The translations under genes and the position numbers were made by a program. 64,000 nt of DNA from Chrysomallon squamiferum (taxonomy: Eukaryota; Animalia; Mollusca). Below are positions 36,735 through 50,873 of the stretch, piece by piece (positions within the stretch are counted from its first letter, which is position 1; the number at the start of each line of letters is the position of its first letter). The notes beneath the pieces were generated by a model that did no database searches, was not told the DNA's origin, and saw only the letters and a list, made by a program, of their open reading frames with translations. The DNA lies in NCBI GenBank assembly GCA_012295275.1, contig CM022672.1, forward strand, positions 16,244,001 to 16,308,000. Direction: 5' to 3'.

Positions 36735-39700
36735 ACAAAAAAAAAGAGATATATTTGCCTTTGTCTTTAAGCTACGTTTCATTTTTTAAATATTTTCATG
36801 TTCATTTTCACTCCACTTTTCATGGATTTGTTCTTTTTAAAATTTTGTGTGAAGAATTTTTATAACATGTTGATGTACATAAGTTTCCTGAATTGTACTG
36901 TGGTTAAGAAACTACCTTAAGATGTTTTTTTTTCTTGCTCTTGATAGCAAATCTTGGTTCAATTTAAAAAAAAAAAGAATCATTTTGTTTATTAATAGTA
37001 CGAAATGTTGATTTAATCCAAGATTTTTGCAAACTGTTAAGAAAGCAAATGACTTTAAAACTCTGTACTTTGTCATACAGTTTATATTATTAACTAACAA
37101 GTTACAGCTTCCTAAAAGACAAAAGTTTATCTTTGTTTAATCCGCAATTATTGTTAATGATAACAAATTGCATTTTAATTCAGGTACAAATGTTTTGTAA
37201 TCATTAAACTTGGTGAAGAGAGGATGAATTAAGTTAACGAACTTTAATAATTGTAAAACTAATTTACCATATTTGCAGTTAATTCATATTTTAGTTTCGA
37301 AATTTATTAAAAGGAAAAACTAAATGTTAAACCTAGTAATCAGGTGGGTTTTTTTTTTCTTCTCTCAAAATGAGTGTAGTGTAAAACATATTTTACAGCT
37401 ATGTTATTTTTTTAGTTCTAATAAGTAATGAACTATTTAGCTTTATAGAAATACTTGCTTTTTATTTAAAAACAATTTTTTTGGATGGATAATTATTCAT
37501 CAAAAAAACCCAACAGTTTCAACAGGTATTTGTGACAATCTTGTTAATGTCTGTTTTTGGACTTTTTGAACATGAAATATCTTGTATTTCCTTTCCTCTG
37601 TTTTTTTCTGTTCCCCTTTCTTTTTTACAAACAATTTTTACTTTTATGCAGTTACTTCATCAATTCATGTTTGTTAGGAGGTATGTGTTAAAGAAAATTC
37701 ATTTTATGTCATTAATCATTTTTAAATAAAATGTTTCTTCCTAACAGCAGTTGGAAGTTGATGAGTTTTGTCATTCTGTACAGATGGATGTAGTTTTGGT
37801 ACCTCATGTCCAAGAAGTATAAACATATAATATACATAAATTATATATTTTCTAGCTTGAAAATTAAATTGAAAAAATATATCAGACTTGTATGTCAATT
37901 TAAACAATTTTTTTTCTTTTTTTTTCTTTTTGTTGATCAGAGGTTTTTTTCCTTTTTTAAAGAAAATATTCTTAACATTAAATTATTTTATTTAATTTTT
38001 TTATTCTATTTATTTTGTAACTGATCACAGGCTTTATTTTTATTTTTTTAGAGAAAATATTCTTAACAAGAAATTTAAAAAAACAAAAAAACATTGTACT
38101 TGTCCAGTTGTTGCTAGGTAATGGCAGTTAGCAACAGAGTAACCATTGCTTGTGCTTGTCAGTGTATAGGAAGAACAGGGCCTTGGGAATTTTCAAACAA
38201 GTAAATTTATACTTTTTTTCAAAAAGCCCTTACATTATGGTGCAAGAAGAGCCATAATATCCATAGTTCTGGGACATTTTTATTAAATATTTAATTTGGG
38301 ACAGTTTTACAAAGGACACATTTTTTTGGAGGTAAATGAAAAAGAATAAAATTGTCTTAGAACTGGATTAATTTTTACAATAACCTTGTAAAGGGCTGTC
38401 TTTGTGAGTCCTAACTGATCAAAAATGCTAAATATTAAAACTGGCTCATTTAATATTTTATTTTCCGTGAACATGCTTGTTTTTGGACAATGTGTATAAA
38501 TAACCAAAGATTTTATGTGTGGGATCAGACAGCTTGTAACTGATTTTATACAAGATACTACTGGTTGGAAACAGGTCGTTTCCATAGTATTTTTTACATT
38601 TTAAATTGTGTTAAATATCTTGCATATATCCATGATCTTCAGATGAATAAACATTAATGTGTAGAGAAATCTTTTTTTTTTTTTTTTTTTTACTTTCATC
38701 TAATTATTTTTAATGTGTGTATATAGTAAACTGGAAGATTACTAACGACAACAGATCAATTTGTAGAGGAGAAATACTGAAGAAAAAAAAATGGAATATG
38801 ATATAAAATGAGAAAATTGTATGATTTTCTTTATATTTTCATTCATTAACAAATAAGTTTATTTTGTAATATGAAAGTTGGTTTAAAATTGGTATCAATG
38901 GCTTGCTTAGTTTGTAATTTCAATGTAAATTTGTCCACTGGAATAAACACATTTTTTAAAACTTTTTTTTTTTTCAGTCATCCCTTCCCATAGATTCAAA
39001 GTAAAGATTCAACTTAGAGGGAAAATGAAAATATTAATTTTGGGATGTTAAAAAATGTCTGAAAAGTTTTGGTATTGGGAAAAAAAGAACTTGCTGTTTA
39101 ATTTTTGTTCAAAAATTATAATTCTCATCAAAAAGACATTTTGAAAGAAGACCAAAATCATTATATTTCTAGTATAATGAAAATAATTTGTTGAAATATA
39201 AACAAAATTAATTACATTTTTTAAAACAAACCATTTAAATTTAAATTTTGGGTCTATAAATGGTTTAAAGTACAAAACAAATTATTTTATGTAACAAATT
39301 GAAATGTTGAGAAATTTTGGTTTTTCTTTGCATGGGTTAACTTTTAACATTTGGTTGTACATAAATAATTCTGATCTCTCAATGGTTTTGTGCATTAAGT
39401 GAAATCTTACTGAAGGCCCAGCTCACTGTGGTGGCACACTACTTACGTAGTTAACTGTGTAGATGCCTGCTACTGAAGCAACTTGGACAAACGCTATGTG
39501 TCTGATCTTCCAATACCATTTTATGAATAAACATTAAAATTTTAAACTCAGAGTTGGCTTTGTTTATTTAAAAGAAATGTTTTGTTTAATGGATTGTCAC
39601 TCAACTGACTGCAGTGATAGTTAATGTCTGATGTAATTATTTATCAGCAAAGGAAATCACTGACATCAGTTGACAGACTGAGTAAAACCAGCAACATATA

Positions 39701-40181
39701 TCTTGTGTGAACATTCTTGTAGTTAGAAATAAAGAATGTTCCACTCATTTTAATATATTGGATATAAATAGATTTTGTTTAATGATAAAACGAAACCTGT
39801 TGTTGCAGTAAATAGCTAGGGATATTCACATCTTCCTTCAGGCAGGAACCCTTGACTGCCATTGGTGAACACTTTTTTGGTGTAGTGAATTGCAACTGAA
39901 AACTAGCCCACGATTTTTCATCCACAAGAATTCTCTAAACAAATCTGGAGATGACTGACGGATTAAAACAGATTTTTATTAAAATATTCACAAATACATT
40001 TTTAAATACAAGTTGTGCAGTAAATTTTAATATAAAGTTTGTAGCAAATTAAAATAATAATAAAAAAACTCTTATTTTAAAATGAATCCCAGCAGGTAAC
40101 ATTTTAATAATTTATATTCCTTCATCTGTCTTTTTTTTTTACCTTTTTTTTTTTGAAATGGATGATATATTAATTTAATCA

Positions 40182-43100
40182 TCAAGATTTAACACTAGCT
40201 CTCTGTTCATCAGATTTTTCTGTGACTTCTGTCAGTTTGTTTGAATTATTAGTTTTCAGTGAACCTGCACTGTCTGAACATTCTTGCACATCTCCCACTT
40301 TCTTGGTCATAGAAGATTCATCCAAGGCAGATAACTTGCTTGACTGCTCCTGTAAATCTTTGTCCATGTTGTTAACAGAAGATTCATCTAAGGTCGATAA
40401 CTTCTGTGACTGCTCTTGCAAATCTTCCTTCTCTTTGTTAACAGAAGATTCATTTGAGGGAGATGATAACTTGTGTGACTGCTCCTGTAAATCGTCCTTG
40501 TCTAATTTTGTATCTGTTTCTTGGGGGGTTGTGTTAATGACACTGTCTTTTTGTTGTAAGGAATCAGAGATATCAGTTTCAGCATCCTTATTATCTGAAC
40601 CAGCCATGCTGTTTTCATTCTGCTCAGTCATGTCGGCTTTTTCAGAATTATTATCACAGACTGAAGATTCTTCTTCTTTTTCTTTGGCCATTTCAGCAGC
40701 CTGATTAAACAAAATTAAATGAAATGAAAATGAAAATAAAATTAAATAAAATTAAAAAGAAGAAAAATTAAAAATTAAATAATAGTTACATAAATACATA
40801 TTGAAAATTATTTGCCTAACGAGGAACACTGAAGCTTCAAGAATCAGTTTGATGCATTTGCAATGGTATCTCTTTCCTTCAGTTATTATTAATTAAATTA
40901 AATTGATTTTTCATTATTTCACTGAAATAGTTTAATGAAGTTTGTTTTCATTTTATCATTCAGATTAGAAATAAGACAAATTTAATTATCTTTCATAAAT
41001 TTCTGCAGTAATAATTCTTTCACTATATTAATATTTAAAATAAAATAACATTTATCAATTTGATTTAAATAATAGACATCTTGTACACACTTACACAACA
41101 AACATCTGAATATTATTAATTTTTTAAAATTAAATAAATGCTGTTTAATTGTAAATTTAGAAAAACAAAGACAAAAAACATTAATAGATTCTACTTTTTT
41201 GACATGGTAAAAAAAATATCATTTAAGATATTGAAATACTGTAATAAATAATTTTTAGAATGGTATCACTTTCAGAATTTATGTAGCTATACTGACTCCT
41301 AAAAAATGGGAAGTATGGACAGTAGGCTTCTACCTTCACAAAACAACATAACAGACCTGAAATGATTATTAATATACCATGCCAAGACATCTGAACAACT
41401 AAACTTTGAGCAGTTCATATACAGGGATTGCCAGTTTGAGTGACTGACAACAAAGTGACTTTTCTAACAATTTGAAGTCAGCAATTTAGAGAAACAGTAT
41501 TTTAGAAATTTTTAAAAGAAATTATTAATAGTTAAAATAAATTAATATAGAAAATTGATACCCATAATTCAGTTACATTGTGTAGGCTGTATAATACAGT
41601 ACTATACATTAAAAAGTGCTTGGGTTATTGCATGAAGGCTTGGTAATATAATTTGATTATATCTAGCAGTCCAAACCAAAAATAATCTTATTACTGATGT
41701 CAAAATATAGATACTGTAAAATTCGAAAAAAATTAAAATGTGTTCATGTATTAATTTAATTTTAGAAATTATTCAGTCTTTCAATATTTACCACTAACAT
41801 GGAAGTTATAATGTTAAAGTGTGGAAATCATAAAGCTGCTTTATTTATTGGAAAGACCATGAGCACAATCTCACTGTATCTTGATGGTGCATATTTGTAT
41901 ACAAAGTATTTGGCTGAAAACACCTGGGTTGGTCTGAAGTGCTCAGCTGTCACAAAAGTAGCACATAAATGATAAAAGGACAATTGCTTAAACTGCCGAT
42001 TACTGAAATAACATAGCTTAATATGTAGTTGCTGATTTGGTAGCCACTGCGATATCACAGAACCTAATATATATGAATATGATCTGTCATTAAATAAATT
42101 TCAATCCATTCAAGTTTTAACATTGTCAAATCCACCTATATTAACACTGTTTTATGTCTAGAAAGAAGGAAAGAAGAAGTATTTAACTTAACAAGAGAGT
42201 CAGTACATTTTTAATCTAAAGTTATGTGGTGCTATACCTAACTGAGGTTAAGAACCAGACTTGTAATGCAAAGAAACATGTTACTGCCGTAGAGAGGGCT
42301 CGTCTTTTCAGTGTTTTATACAGTAACTAACCTTTTTCAGTTTTTCACTTTTTCGCAGAATAACTTTGGTCCTGGTCCACGACTGTTCATCTTCCTCCAG
42401 CTCCGTGTCAAACTTGTGATACTGAAGGGTGCCCAACCAGCGCAGCATGCTGAGTCTTGTTAAAGAAATATTTTAACCAGGTTTTTGTCAGTCACTCACT
42501 GATGAGTACTGCACTTCTTTTTACAGTTTTACTTTACTATTATGAATGGTTGGGATCCAGGAATTTTAAAAAAGTACTAATGTAATGTTATCTCTTCCTG
42601 CCAATCTTATGTATGTTTAACTTCATTGTTATGAATGACTGGGAGCCAGGTTTGAAAAAGTATGATTAAGGTTATTTGTTCTAACCCTCATATGAATAGC
42701 AATTATGAAAAAGAAAAATTATAATCCAACATCCAACCTCATTCATGTGACTGACATTTTTAAACATATTTTTGTAAAAGCACCAGAAATAGATTTGGCA
42801 ATTGCAAAGGTTTTTTGATAAAGGAATGCTTTAGATCCAGTTTAGTGGTTCAAGAACAAATTACAGGAAATCAGTAGCTGTATGCTCCTGTTTTACAGAG
42901 ATCAAAGGATACATTTTTTCTTCTTTCTCTGATCTAACTATGTGTTTAATGATGTATTCCTCTTTAAATTTCTCAATCTCTTCCTGCAAGTAAAAGAAAA
43001 CATTTTAAATATATAGGTGTGTTCAGGTATGGATTAAAGATTTTTCACAGAAATGACTGATAAATCTAACTATTGGAGATATATCAATCATTTAAAACAC

Positions 43101-46100
43101 AGACCCTATTTGTGAATATATAAATAAGATTTATTTTTCTGTTCTACAAATTCTAGCAATTTTGTGAATAAGAAATGAATGACAGATCTGGTGATTGGTG
43201 ATTCATCAATTGTTTAAGAAGCAGATTCTCTTTGTGACTATATGAATACATTTTATTAATCTATTCTAAAAATTAATATTTTGCCATTTCCTACATGTTG
43301 TTAGTTTTTGATTTTTTATAACAGTGTATGTTGCTATTGTTCCATAGGTTCACGCAGATTCATTATTGTACCAATCCCTATGTTGTTATTAACCTTCAAA
43401 TTTGTTAACATCTACATATCAAGGAATAATCAAACGGGATCATAAATGGTTTAAACAAGTTTTATTTTTCATTTACTCATTTTGACATGTCGGTCAGTCT
43501 GTCTGTCTCTCTGAAATGTCCAGTATGTTATGTATGTTCACGTAAACACAAGAACAGTCACAAGTGCAGACACACGCTAAAGAAGACTTACTTTATACTC
43601 ATCCCATTCCATAGGTTCGTGCATTCCATCAACTCCAAACTTCTTGTTGTACCCATTAAAATGAAGCTGTATGAGAAGAAAAAAAAAACATTCTGTTGTT
43701 ATAAACACAACAATAATAAAAAAATGAAGATGAATGTGAAATATAATAAAGTTACGTCCAACCAAACTGGCAAAACAAAATTTAAACAACAGTAAAAAAA
43801 AAAAATAAAAAATAACATTAAGGTTGAGTATTTTCAATGGATCCATGTCAGCTGAACAATATGGCTATAAAGAATATTTATTTTATGTATTAAATAGGTA
43901 CTTGCCTGTTCTAAAAACAATCCAACACCAGGAGCTTTAGGAATATCCAGCTAAAAATTGTTTTAAAAAAAAGACAATAAAATAACAAAATATAAAAAAA
44001 CATTATCAGATGATAAATTTATTTCAATTTTGTTATTTTTATTGTTATTATTATTTTTTATACTAAATTTGATTAAATTCTATTCTAACAAAAGGATTAT
44101 GGGATACTTCAAGATGATGAATTTTCACAACTGTTAAAAATATCAAGTTAGACTCTGGTAAGAAGTTTCTGCCTGGACTTTTTTTCTTGATACATTATAT
44201 CTTCAATACTGTGAATGTCACGGTCATCAACTCTAAAGTGATGAGTCTCATGAGATACCAGTGATTAAAACAAAACAGCTGCCATATTACAATTAAAAAT
44301 GATAATAATTTTTTTTTATGAAAAATAAATAAAAATTGATAGCAAGAAAGATGAGGTATACAACTCAATATATTAATACAGAGAGAAACACAAACCCTTT
44401 TTGGCTGCCATGAATTTTCAATGACTTCCTTACTGCAGTACCCTTTTACAATGGCAGTTGTTAAACCTAAAATTACATTGTATAATGAAATCAGCATTAA
44501 TCAGTGTCTTAACAAACCTGCTAGTGAGAGAGCTTGTGGATTTTACATCTGAAGTGTGCATAATTTTCACTCTGTGTAGTCACAAAACTAAACAACAAAT
44601 ATTATTACATATGAATGCAAGAATAATTTAAAACTAAACCTAACTAGTACAACTGTATCTTTTCAGAAATGCAACTGAATATTCTTTAATAAATTATTAG
44701 TAGTACAATTTACATGGCACTGAATAAGAAAAGATTACAAACCCAACAAAGTTTACCTATCATTTTACGAATGTGATGCATCATAAAACTTTGACCTTTC
44801 ACAGTCAGTGTACTGAACTCAATTCCATCTCTAACAAACGGCTTACTACACTGTAAGTAAGTAAATAAATAAACAGTTATTGAAAAATTCTGATCGACAA
44901 GTAAGGGTTTATAAAACATCAATGTCATAATGTCACATGAGTTACTGGCAAAGTGTGTACACTGACAACTGTTATTAAATTATATAAAATACAGATTTTA
45001 TTAGGAACACTTTAATGATTATAAAAAAATAAAAATAAATATTTGTCAAAAAAGAAGGAAACTGTTATTTTACAATCTGAAAACAAAACAAAACAAAACA
45101 ACAACAAAAAACACAACACATCTTCAGTCATACATACTACCAGTGTACCATATAAACAAACTAAAGCATTTCTTTTTCATTTACCATTAATAGAAGTCTG
45201 GATTTCTTCTTCGTTTTTTTTATCCTAGCAATTTTAATACTTTTAGTAAGTAAAATAATTCATTCTTCTTCATATGCTTTAATCAAATAGAACACACAAA
45301 CTGGTGTTTAAAATGATGACACTATATAAAAACTAGTACAGATAACCCTCCATTAAAAGGAGGTGGGTTTGTCTGATAAATAAACAGATTCAAGGTTATT
45401 TATGTATTTCCCAGATTTTGTGTGAAATTTTACAAAATTCAGCAAATAAGGGTCTGTATATTAGAGGGTTGAATATATAATTACGTTCTGTGAATTAATA
45501 ATTTTATGAGTGTCTGGATATAAAATAACTCACCTCAAATGTGATTATGTATCTTTTGGCACTAGGATCATTGGGTTTTCTGTTAAAACATAAAAAAATA
45601 GGACAAATTAAAATTTACATTTTTAATGTGTATTTAATTTGAAAATAATGAGAATACTTATATGACATATGTGCAAAAGAAAAATATTTGTTCTAATCAT
45701 GAAGTAAAATTGATTTTGTTTAATTTTTATTATATTTAATTATTCTTTGTTGTGAAAAATAAAGCTAATTAGTAAAGTAATATACAAAAGGTATAATGTC
45801 AGCCAGACATCTGATTAAATATCATGTCTCCTAACTATAATTACACTTAACTTGAGATCTATAAAGTAACAAGATCTGCCACTAGCTAGTTCATTCAGAT
45901 ATTGACTAATACTGATTCATTATTTAATATAATTTTAGTCTTAACAAAGTAATACGTGTAATTAATTGCCACCTCAGCACAAAACTCTATCAGTCATCAG
46001 GTAAATAATATAAAGATGTTGATTAAATAGTAAAGAATATATTAAAAACACGTAATTAAACTTACACCCCTGATGTGTAGTTGTGAAAGTTGTGTGTCCC

Positions 46101-49100
46101 CTGAAACATGGCAAGGATTTCACCCACCTGTTTAATTGTGTCATCTAATAAAAGTAAATTAAAAATTTAAATTAAAAAAACATAAATAAAAAGAAAGAAA
46201 CCATTTATTAAATATCAAACTAAATATCAAATATATGAAATCTTTGTGTTGCAAAAAGAAAAAGAAATGAATGGTGGGAGATGTCATAAGACTTACTGTT
46301 AACAGCAAGTGATCTTTTATTCCCTCTTAACCCCCACCCTCCTATCAGACTGTTGTTCAGTGCCAAAGGGTAATTGGTAGAATGGGAAACAGCCAGTTTA
46401 GTACAGTGCTGAACCCTAAATCCACTGTGAATCAGGGCAATGCTCTAACATTGTTTGCCCTGAGAGAAAGAATGTAAATAATGTACCGAAAAGAAGAGAA
46501 AGACAAGGGAGAAGAATGACAAAAATTGAAGAAAACCCAAAAAAAAAAAAGAAAAAAAAAAGAAGAAAAATCTTACCATCAACTCTGTATGCTTCTGTGA
46601 CAAACTGAAATGAAATGAAAGAAAAGTCTGTTAAATCATATCAACATATACTGGTATGTTATTATAAACCATAAAGTCAGTTCTAGGTTTTTAATTTAAT
46701 AACACACGTATAATGAAAATCACACTGGCTTTTTTTTGTGTGTTCTTGATATTATCAATTAAAGGCATAGATAAATAAATAAAAATAATAATAATAATAA
46801 TAATAAAAAAATAATAATAATAGTAATTCTACTAATACTACTACTAATAATTAAAAATAAATATTTATCATACACAACCTATAGCAGTAAATAAATAAAT
46901 TCATGTGTGCATGCATGAATAGCAAAATAGCTAAATAATTAAATATATATAAATTCTGTTGTATTTACCTTTTCGAATGGAGCAAAGGAGTAGGTAGGTA
47001 ACATGTAGGTGTAAGTTCTGTGACTACAGTGATGCTGACTATCAAACCCTCTGGTACCTCGTTTGTAAGCTGCAATAATTACAAAATGAATTTAAATTAG
47101 AAAAACAACGAAAAAACCATTTTAACAATTTTGTTTTATGATATACTGGTCATGATTTTCGTTTTTACTGTAACATGCAGTGAGTGCTTTAGGGTCATAG
47201 CATATTCAGTTATAGCAGAATCTCTGCTTTGCTGCATAATGCCAGCTTCCACGTGTTTCTGGATTATTACAGTGGTTCGTATCAATAATTTCTGACACAA
47301 ATATCTTTTATCTAACTGTGATATATGATTCAAAATGCGTTAGGTTCAAGAACATATAGGTCCTTGGTCTGTAATTCAAAATATTTTTGAAGAATACACT
47401 ATTAAAGTAGGGTTGGGCTTGCAGAATGAAAAAAGAAGAAGATAAAATGATGATAATATTAATACATTACTTACCAAACACTCTAATCTGTGGAGGAAGA
47501 TGTTTGTTGATTTCCTGGGGGATGTTTTCTTTGTTCAGTAACATGTAAACACAAAAAAACACACAACATTAATATACAGCTACATATTTGCACTACATAA
47601 AATAACCTACAGACACTTAATAACGGGACATAAGACTGATTGTGGAATATGACTGATGATTTCTAAATTTTGAAAATGTGTTTGGTTACTGAAATTCTTT
47701 TACTGCGATGCATAACCATGATAACATCAATACTCTGGTATATACAACTATTATAATTTTACTATGTCATGCTTAATTAATCATTTACTGGTATTTCAGT
47801 GAAACATCAAACAACTATGTTACATCGCATATAATTAATTATAAGATAATTTTTCTACTTATCTTCAGAGAGATGACATTTCCAGCAGCAGACACCCCTT
47901 TGTCAGTTCTGGATGCCCTGTTGAATGACATCTAACATAGAAATGTATAATAAAGAATTTATTTTCAGTAAACATGAACTATACAAATAAATGAAGGAAA
48001 TGTTTAGTTTAGCCTTTAGGTATGAAATATACAAATTAATGAAAGAAAATCTAATGATATATGTATAGTTTAGCTGTCAAATGTAACCAATCATTATTAT
48101 TTCTATTCATAAAAAAAAAAGCAATCATGTATTGTACTTTACTTCTATTATTTACTATTTACTTTAATTTTTGTTTACACAGTTTAGAATGTCTGTTCAC
48201 CTGTCTCCATCAATTTTTTATTTTTTATATTTTAGAACTAAAGTATTTTAATATGTATCACTGTAGATATTACTAAACAACCATAACTTACTTTATTCAT
48301 TAATCATCATATGACAGAAAAAAAAAAAAAAAAAAAAAAATTTAATTTTGAACTGTTAAATCAGTGAAAAATCTTGGTTTTATTAAAATAAAACTAGGCT
48401 AGCAAAAAAAAAAAATACATAGCCTGACCTTCTGAGGCATATCTGCATGTTCCTTTGGAATCAGTTCTGTTTTTAACAAAGCTTGGATTAACTCTTCTTC
48501 TATTGTGGGAAAACCAGGATTCCTGTAATAAAATACCATTTATTTTATTAATTTAATACAAACTGAAGCTATTATAGACTAATTATAATATAGAATAAAT
48601 ACTTTATAAATTTAATAATGGTAGTTACAATAATAATAAAACTTAAAAATGTTCTCTTTGTTTATTTTTAGGAAACCCCCAAAACAACAAGTTGAATAAC
48701 AATACCAATAATAATAATCTGATAATGATAATTAGAAAAGTTCACTCATTTCCATATCAAAAATAAGTATTCTTTTCAGATACATTTTATTTAACAAAAC
48801 TGAATTTACAACAAAAAAGAAAACAATAGTTTAAAAAATATAAAAATAAAATAATAATAAACAGAATTAACCCAAAACCCACCAAATGTTTGTTTTTTTA
48901 GCACTTATAATTAAGTAGACGTATTTTTTTTTTTCACCTTTGAATCCCATAATACCCTTCTCCACAGTACGCCAGAAGTAAGGCAACTTTCCTCTTCCTG
49001 TCCAGACGTCCTGACATGGGGGGAGTGACCTGAAAACAACAGCAGAGTTCTCTATGATATTATTATATCAGCTCCTCAACAATGCACAAGCCATCTTTTG

Positions 49101-50232
49101 TTAGAAATATAAACAAGAATATTATATCCTTATGAGAGATTTGCCATATGCAGAAATATCAAAACCCTGTTACAGTTATATTTTATTAAAGTTATTTAAG
49201 TAAAAGTAAAAACATACATCACGTTTGGCTTTCTTTTTGGCTGGTTCACCATCACTGTCACCCTGAAAGAAAACAAGGAAAAGCTCCCTGAATATCATCA
49301 CTGGGTGCAAACAAAAATTGTGATTGTTGTGGTTTGTTCATTTGTCCAGTTTTCATTTTATTTATTTAATTACTGCTCATTATATTTATTTCAAAATGTT
49401 AATTTTATTAATACTACTTTCAGGAATAACTAGTTATAAATCAGACCTTAAATTGTCAAACTTGCACTTGTATGACATTTTGCAAAAATTGAATGAATAT
49501 TTATTGACCAAAGTATTGATGAAGTTTTATAATAGTTGTTATTAGGCATCAAATAAATTATTTTATAATATGTCTGAGAAAAAACACCACAAAAAAAAAA
49601 AAAACACCTGCTGGTGGTATTACATTATGGGTTATTCTTACTGAATGACCAAAAAAAGGAACTTTTTTATATATCTTTCTATGGATAGGAAAATGCAGAT
49701 AATGAGTGTTGATATACTAGCTGAAGCAGTAGACAAGATAAAGGGTAAAATTATCAAAAATTTTAAGTCTGTGAGATAGTTTTAATTCTTAAAAGATCTT
49801 GATTTATAGTTCATTTAAAATTTTAATTTTACAAAGGTGAAACATTTAAAATGTATTAAATATGGAACATATATTTTTAATATTTAAAACATTGTTACTT
49901 GTATGATATAGTTTTCATTCTAATAAAATTAAAATTTAGTTTGGGAATACATAAATTATGTTTTTAAGACTGTGGAATAGTGTGTGCTTTCTTCTTTTAT
50001 TAATAGCTGAAATATATTTTAATTTTTAAAAGGCTGTGGGAGAAAAATCTGGTTTTATATTTTAAAGAACATGTGATACAGATTTAATATTTTACAGGAT
50101 GTGAAGTACTTTTTTAAAAAGAGATCGAAAAACAAATGTATTACTTACTTTCAGTGCTGCTGGCAAAGCTTCTGCCACACTTTCCATTTTCTTAACTATT
50201 CTAGAAATCTGTACAAAAATTCGTCTCAACAT
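40182..50232 (-). CDS. PUS1: tRNA pseudouridine synthase 1 (PUS1, TruA family), 17 coding exons, about 566 aa, with an acidic repetitive C-terminal tail
   Basis: Exons: 50149-50232, 49218-49262, 48938-49029 ([20 protein letters not shown]), 48429-48522, 47863-47931 ([23 protein letters not shown], catalytic RTD motif), 47475-47544, 46969-47069 (RTYTYMLPT), 46577-46604, 46066-46144 (GTHNFHNYT), 45534-45579, 44757-44850 ([14 protein letters not shown]), 44396-44466, 43906-43950 ([11 protein letters not shown]), 43592-43666, 42913-42983, 42332-42449, 40182-40700. Frame is continuous. Minus-strand AATAAA at about 39975. Confidence 0.94.
42450..42912 (-). other. U12-type GT-AG intron in PUS1
   Basis: Donor GTATCCTTTG. 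3' end TTTCTTTAACAAGACTCAG, with a U12-like branch about 10 nt from the AG. Splicing restores EEKI|MLRWLGTL. Confidence 0.9.
43667..43905 (-). other. GC-AG intron in PUS1
   Basis: GAACAG|GCAAGT...CATACAG|CTTCAT gives LFLEQ|LHFNGYN. The nearby GT is out of frame. Confidence 0.88.
47545..47862 (-). other. Probable U2-type AT-AC intron in PUS1
   Basis: CTGAAG|ATAAGT...GTTGTGTGTTTTTTTGTGTTTAC|ATGTTACTG gives VISLK|[23 protein letters not shown]. Confidence 0.72.
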
Positions 50233-50660
50233 TAATTATGGAATGAAAAAAAGATCACGCGACGGCCTGAAAGGAAAAGAAGAAGAAGAAAAAAACAAAC
50301 TTACTTACTGTTATCACAGCCAGAAAAATTTAATTATCATTATTATGGATTTCTTAAAATATATTATGTGGATTTCATTTGTCTGATTTTAATTAATAAT
50401 TTTCTAATTTATTTATTTATTTATTTATTTTGTTTGAATTCTTTATTTAAAATAACAAACAAACAAATATGAAGTAAAAGTCCAGTATTCCTGCTACTGG
50501 TTAATTTACCTTATTAGAAAGTGCCTTTCAGACAAACAGGTTTTCTAGTTAGAGAAAAATAACACGTGTGCTGCTCATACTTTCATACGCAGAATGGGCG
50601 CAGCCATTTTCTTTCTTCTTTTTATTTTCTTAGCAAGTGTGACGCTCCATCTTTTTAAAA
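50233..50660 (-). promoter_or_regulatory. PUS1 5' region: candidate first exon with a YY1-like motif and short uORF
   Basis: AAAATGGCTGCG on the minus strand (ATG at 50607). Donor candidates at 50580 and 50509, and a strong acceptor TCTTTTCCTTTCAG at about 50267. The upstream ATG frame stops after 10-12 codons with either donor. Confidence 0.5.
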
Positions 50661-50873
50661 CGCATAAACGGCATAATGAGAAAGAAAAACTATCGATATA
50701 TGTAGACATTATAGAGAGATAAATGGATGAATAGATAGGCAGTTATATAAATAAATATCAAACAGACATTTAAGTCAGATAAGCAAACAAACAGATAGAG
50801 AACAGATTACGATAGTTATCCCCCTACTTCTCAGTGGTTATTCGTCAGGTTCAGCAGCATTTTAAACGATCAG

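Noticed and set aside
42160-42310. Faint SINE-like remnants (also about 3760-3800 and 46290-46460)
   Set aside because: Resemblance is from memory only and too degenerate to delimit without a repeat library.
40701-50148. Intron-encoded snoRNAs in PUS1 or MAEA
   Set aside because: No convincing sense-strand C/D box pair with a terminal stem, or H/ACA layout, was found by eye. An Infernal/snoscan search would be needed.
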